The notes under the pieces are model-generated. The model did no database searches. It saw only the letters and a program-made list of their open reading frames with translations, and was not told where the DNA came from. DNA of 38,759 bases. It comes from a virus (lineage: Duplodnaviria > Heunggongvirae > Uroviricota > Caudoviricetes). Every line of letters begins with the position of its first letter. Within the stretch, counting starts at the first letter, position 1. Positions 37,889 to 38,759 of this stretch are shown here, in pieces. The stretch lies in the IMG/VR virus record IMGVR_UViG_2706794681_000009. The stretch is one strand, 5' to 3'. A program made the translations under genes and the position numbers.

Positions 37889-38434
37889 ATGAACAAGCAA
37901 ACAACAACATCTCTTTCTTTTCCTGGTGGTAGAAAAGAAAGCATTGCTGAGCGTCTGAAAAGGCTGATTGGCTCCCGCAGCGTCAGAGCTGCAGCAAGAG
38001 ATTGGGGGCTTTCATTTTCAACACTAAACAATTATCTGTCTCGTGGCACTGAGCCATCCTTAAGTGTCGCCCTTCAGATTGCGTCTATCGAAGGAGTAAG
38101 TGTTGAGTGGCTATGTGGATTCAGTGATGCATCACAAGTGAATCGGTGTGAGATCAAGGAAAATCAAGATGAAAGCAAGAAGATAATTATGACGATTATC
38201 AGCGCACTTGATGAAAAAGACTTAGAGCAGCTATCGAAAAATTTGGTTCTGAATGGAGCCAAGTACTTAGCTCGGTTGTTAGAGCCTGAAAATCAAGATC
38301 TAATCCGCTTAGAAGGAAGGAAAAGAATAGCTGCATTACAGCTTGAAGGTATGTCTGACGAACGCGTCAGAGAGATTTTGGAAGAAACTGAGAGAAGTCG
38401 CAAATCTAACGCGGTAGAACCAAAAGCGGGTTAA
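37889..38434 (+). CDS. c: Repressor c-like lysogeny regulator
   Basis: 181 aa, N-terminal HTH (LSFSTLNNYLSRG...), divergent from ner at phage left end. Confidence 0.6.
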   Translation: MNKQTTTSLSFPGGRKESIAERLKRLIGSRSVRAAARDWGLSFSTLNNYLSRGTEPSLSVALQIASIEGVSVEWLCGFSDASQVNRCEIKENQDESKKIIMTIISALDEKDLEQLSKNLVLNGAKYLARLLEPENQDLIRLEGRKRIAALQLEGMSDERVREILEETERSRKSNAVEPKAG

Positions 38435-38508
38435 TAGCATTAGCCCGCATTTTGCACTATATCGAGTATTTCGCATTGTTTGGAACGCCTTAAAAGACTA
38501 AAACCACA

Positions 38509-38670
38509 GTATCAAATGAGTTGCCGATTTTATAATAAATGACTAATTATTGCACAATCGGTATCAAATAGACCTTATCCGCACATCTAGCCATCACCTG
38601 TTTTATTTCAGTATCTTACAGGTGATTTCACCTCCTTTCACTAAACCCCTTGTCGGTATCAAATGATTCA
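38509..38670. repeat. Phage left-end region with three transposase-binding-like repeats (consensus CATTTGATACCG on minus strand)
   Basis: Copies at 38509-38519, 38561-38570, 38656-38666; terminal TTCA-3' (5'-TGAA on minus strand) at 38670. Confidence 0.5.
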
Positions 38671-38759
38671 CCTGGTTATATGTCGCCAGTCGATACCTTC
38701 CAGCAGCATCGCCAGCTGCGCCTGTGTAAGGAACACTTTGCCATCACGGGCTGACGGCC
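38671..38759 (-). CDS. Flanking host-like ORF fragment, 3' end, apparently interrupted by the phage terminus
   Basis: Minus-strand frame open to window edge (...ARDGKVFLTQAQLAMLLEGIDWRHITR) ending in TGA formed by the phage terminal nucleotides. Confidence 0.3.

Larger units (their letters stand above)
1..38670 (-). mobile_element. Mu-family transposable prophage (left/c end at ~38670; right arm with gin-com-mom in block 1-6407, apparently mis-oriented across the N gap)
   Basis: Gene content and order typical of Mu (c, ner, A, B, gam, gemA, Mor/C, lys, terminase to tail fibre, gin, com, mom); terminus 5'-TG on minus strand with three repeated end motifs. Confidence 0.8.

Noticed and set aside
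1-38759. CRISPR arrays, rRNA or tRNA genes, IS elements
   Set aside because: No short direct repeats with regular spacers, no rRNA-like conserved stretches and no IS-type transposase other than the phage MuA-like gene were seen on either strand.

Overview
This window is almost entirely a Mu-family transposable myophage (prophage) of an enterobacterial host, lying in reverse orientation relative to the standard Mu map. All calls rest on reading the ORF translations, motifs and repeats by eye; no database search was run. From right to left on the minus strand: a phage terminus at about 38670 with three repeated end motifs and about 90 bp of flanking host-like ORF; repressor c (plus strand) and divergent ner; MuA-like DDE transposase; MuB-like AAA+ protein; an early region of small genes including Gam and GemA; one Mor/C-family activator; a lysis cassette (SAR endolysin with overlapping spanins); then terminase, portal, F, G, protease/scaffold, major capsid, sheath, tube, tape measure and baseplate genes, ending with the 5' part of a tail-fibre gene that runs into a 250-nt N gap (6408-6657). 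The left block (1-6407) holds the rest of the same phage on the plus strand: an invertible tail-fibre tip segment bounded by 121-bp inverted repeats with a gix-like site, a tail-fibre assembly chaperone, Gin invertase, a 3.4-kb cargo insertion, and com-mom preceded by three GATC sites. This left block appears reverse-oriented relative to the right block, and the window starts exactly at the gix crossover, so the scaffold is probably mis-joined. The best candidates for an undescribed accessory system are the gin-mom cargo (a 684-aa SASA/SGNH-type O-acetylesterase with a lectin-like C-terminal domain plus three small ORFs) and an AT-rich early-region moron at 29700-30420. No rRNA, tRNA or CRISPR array was found.
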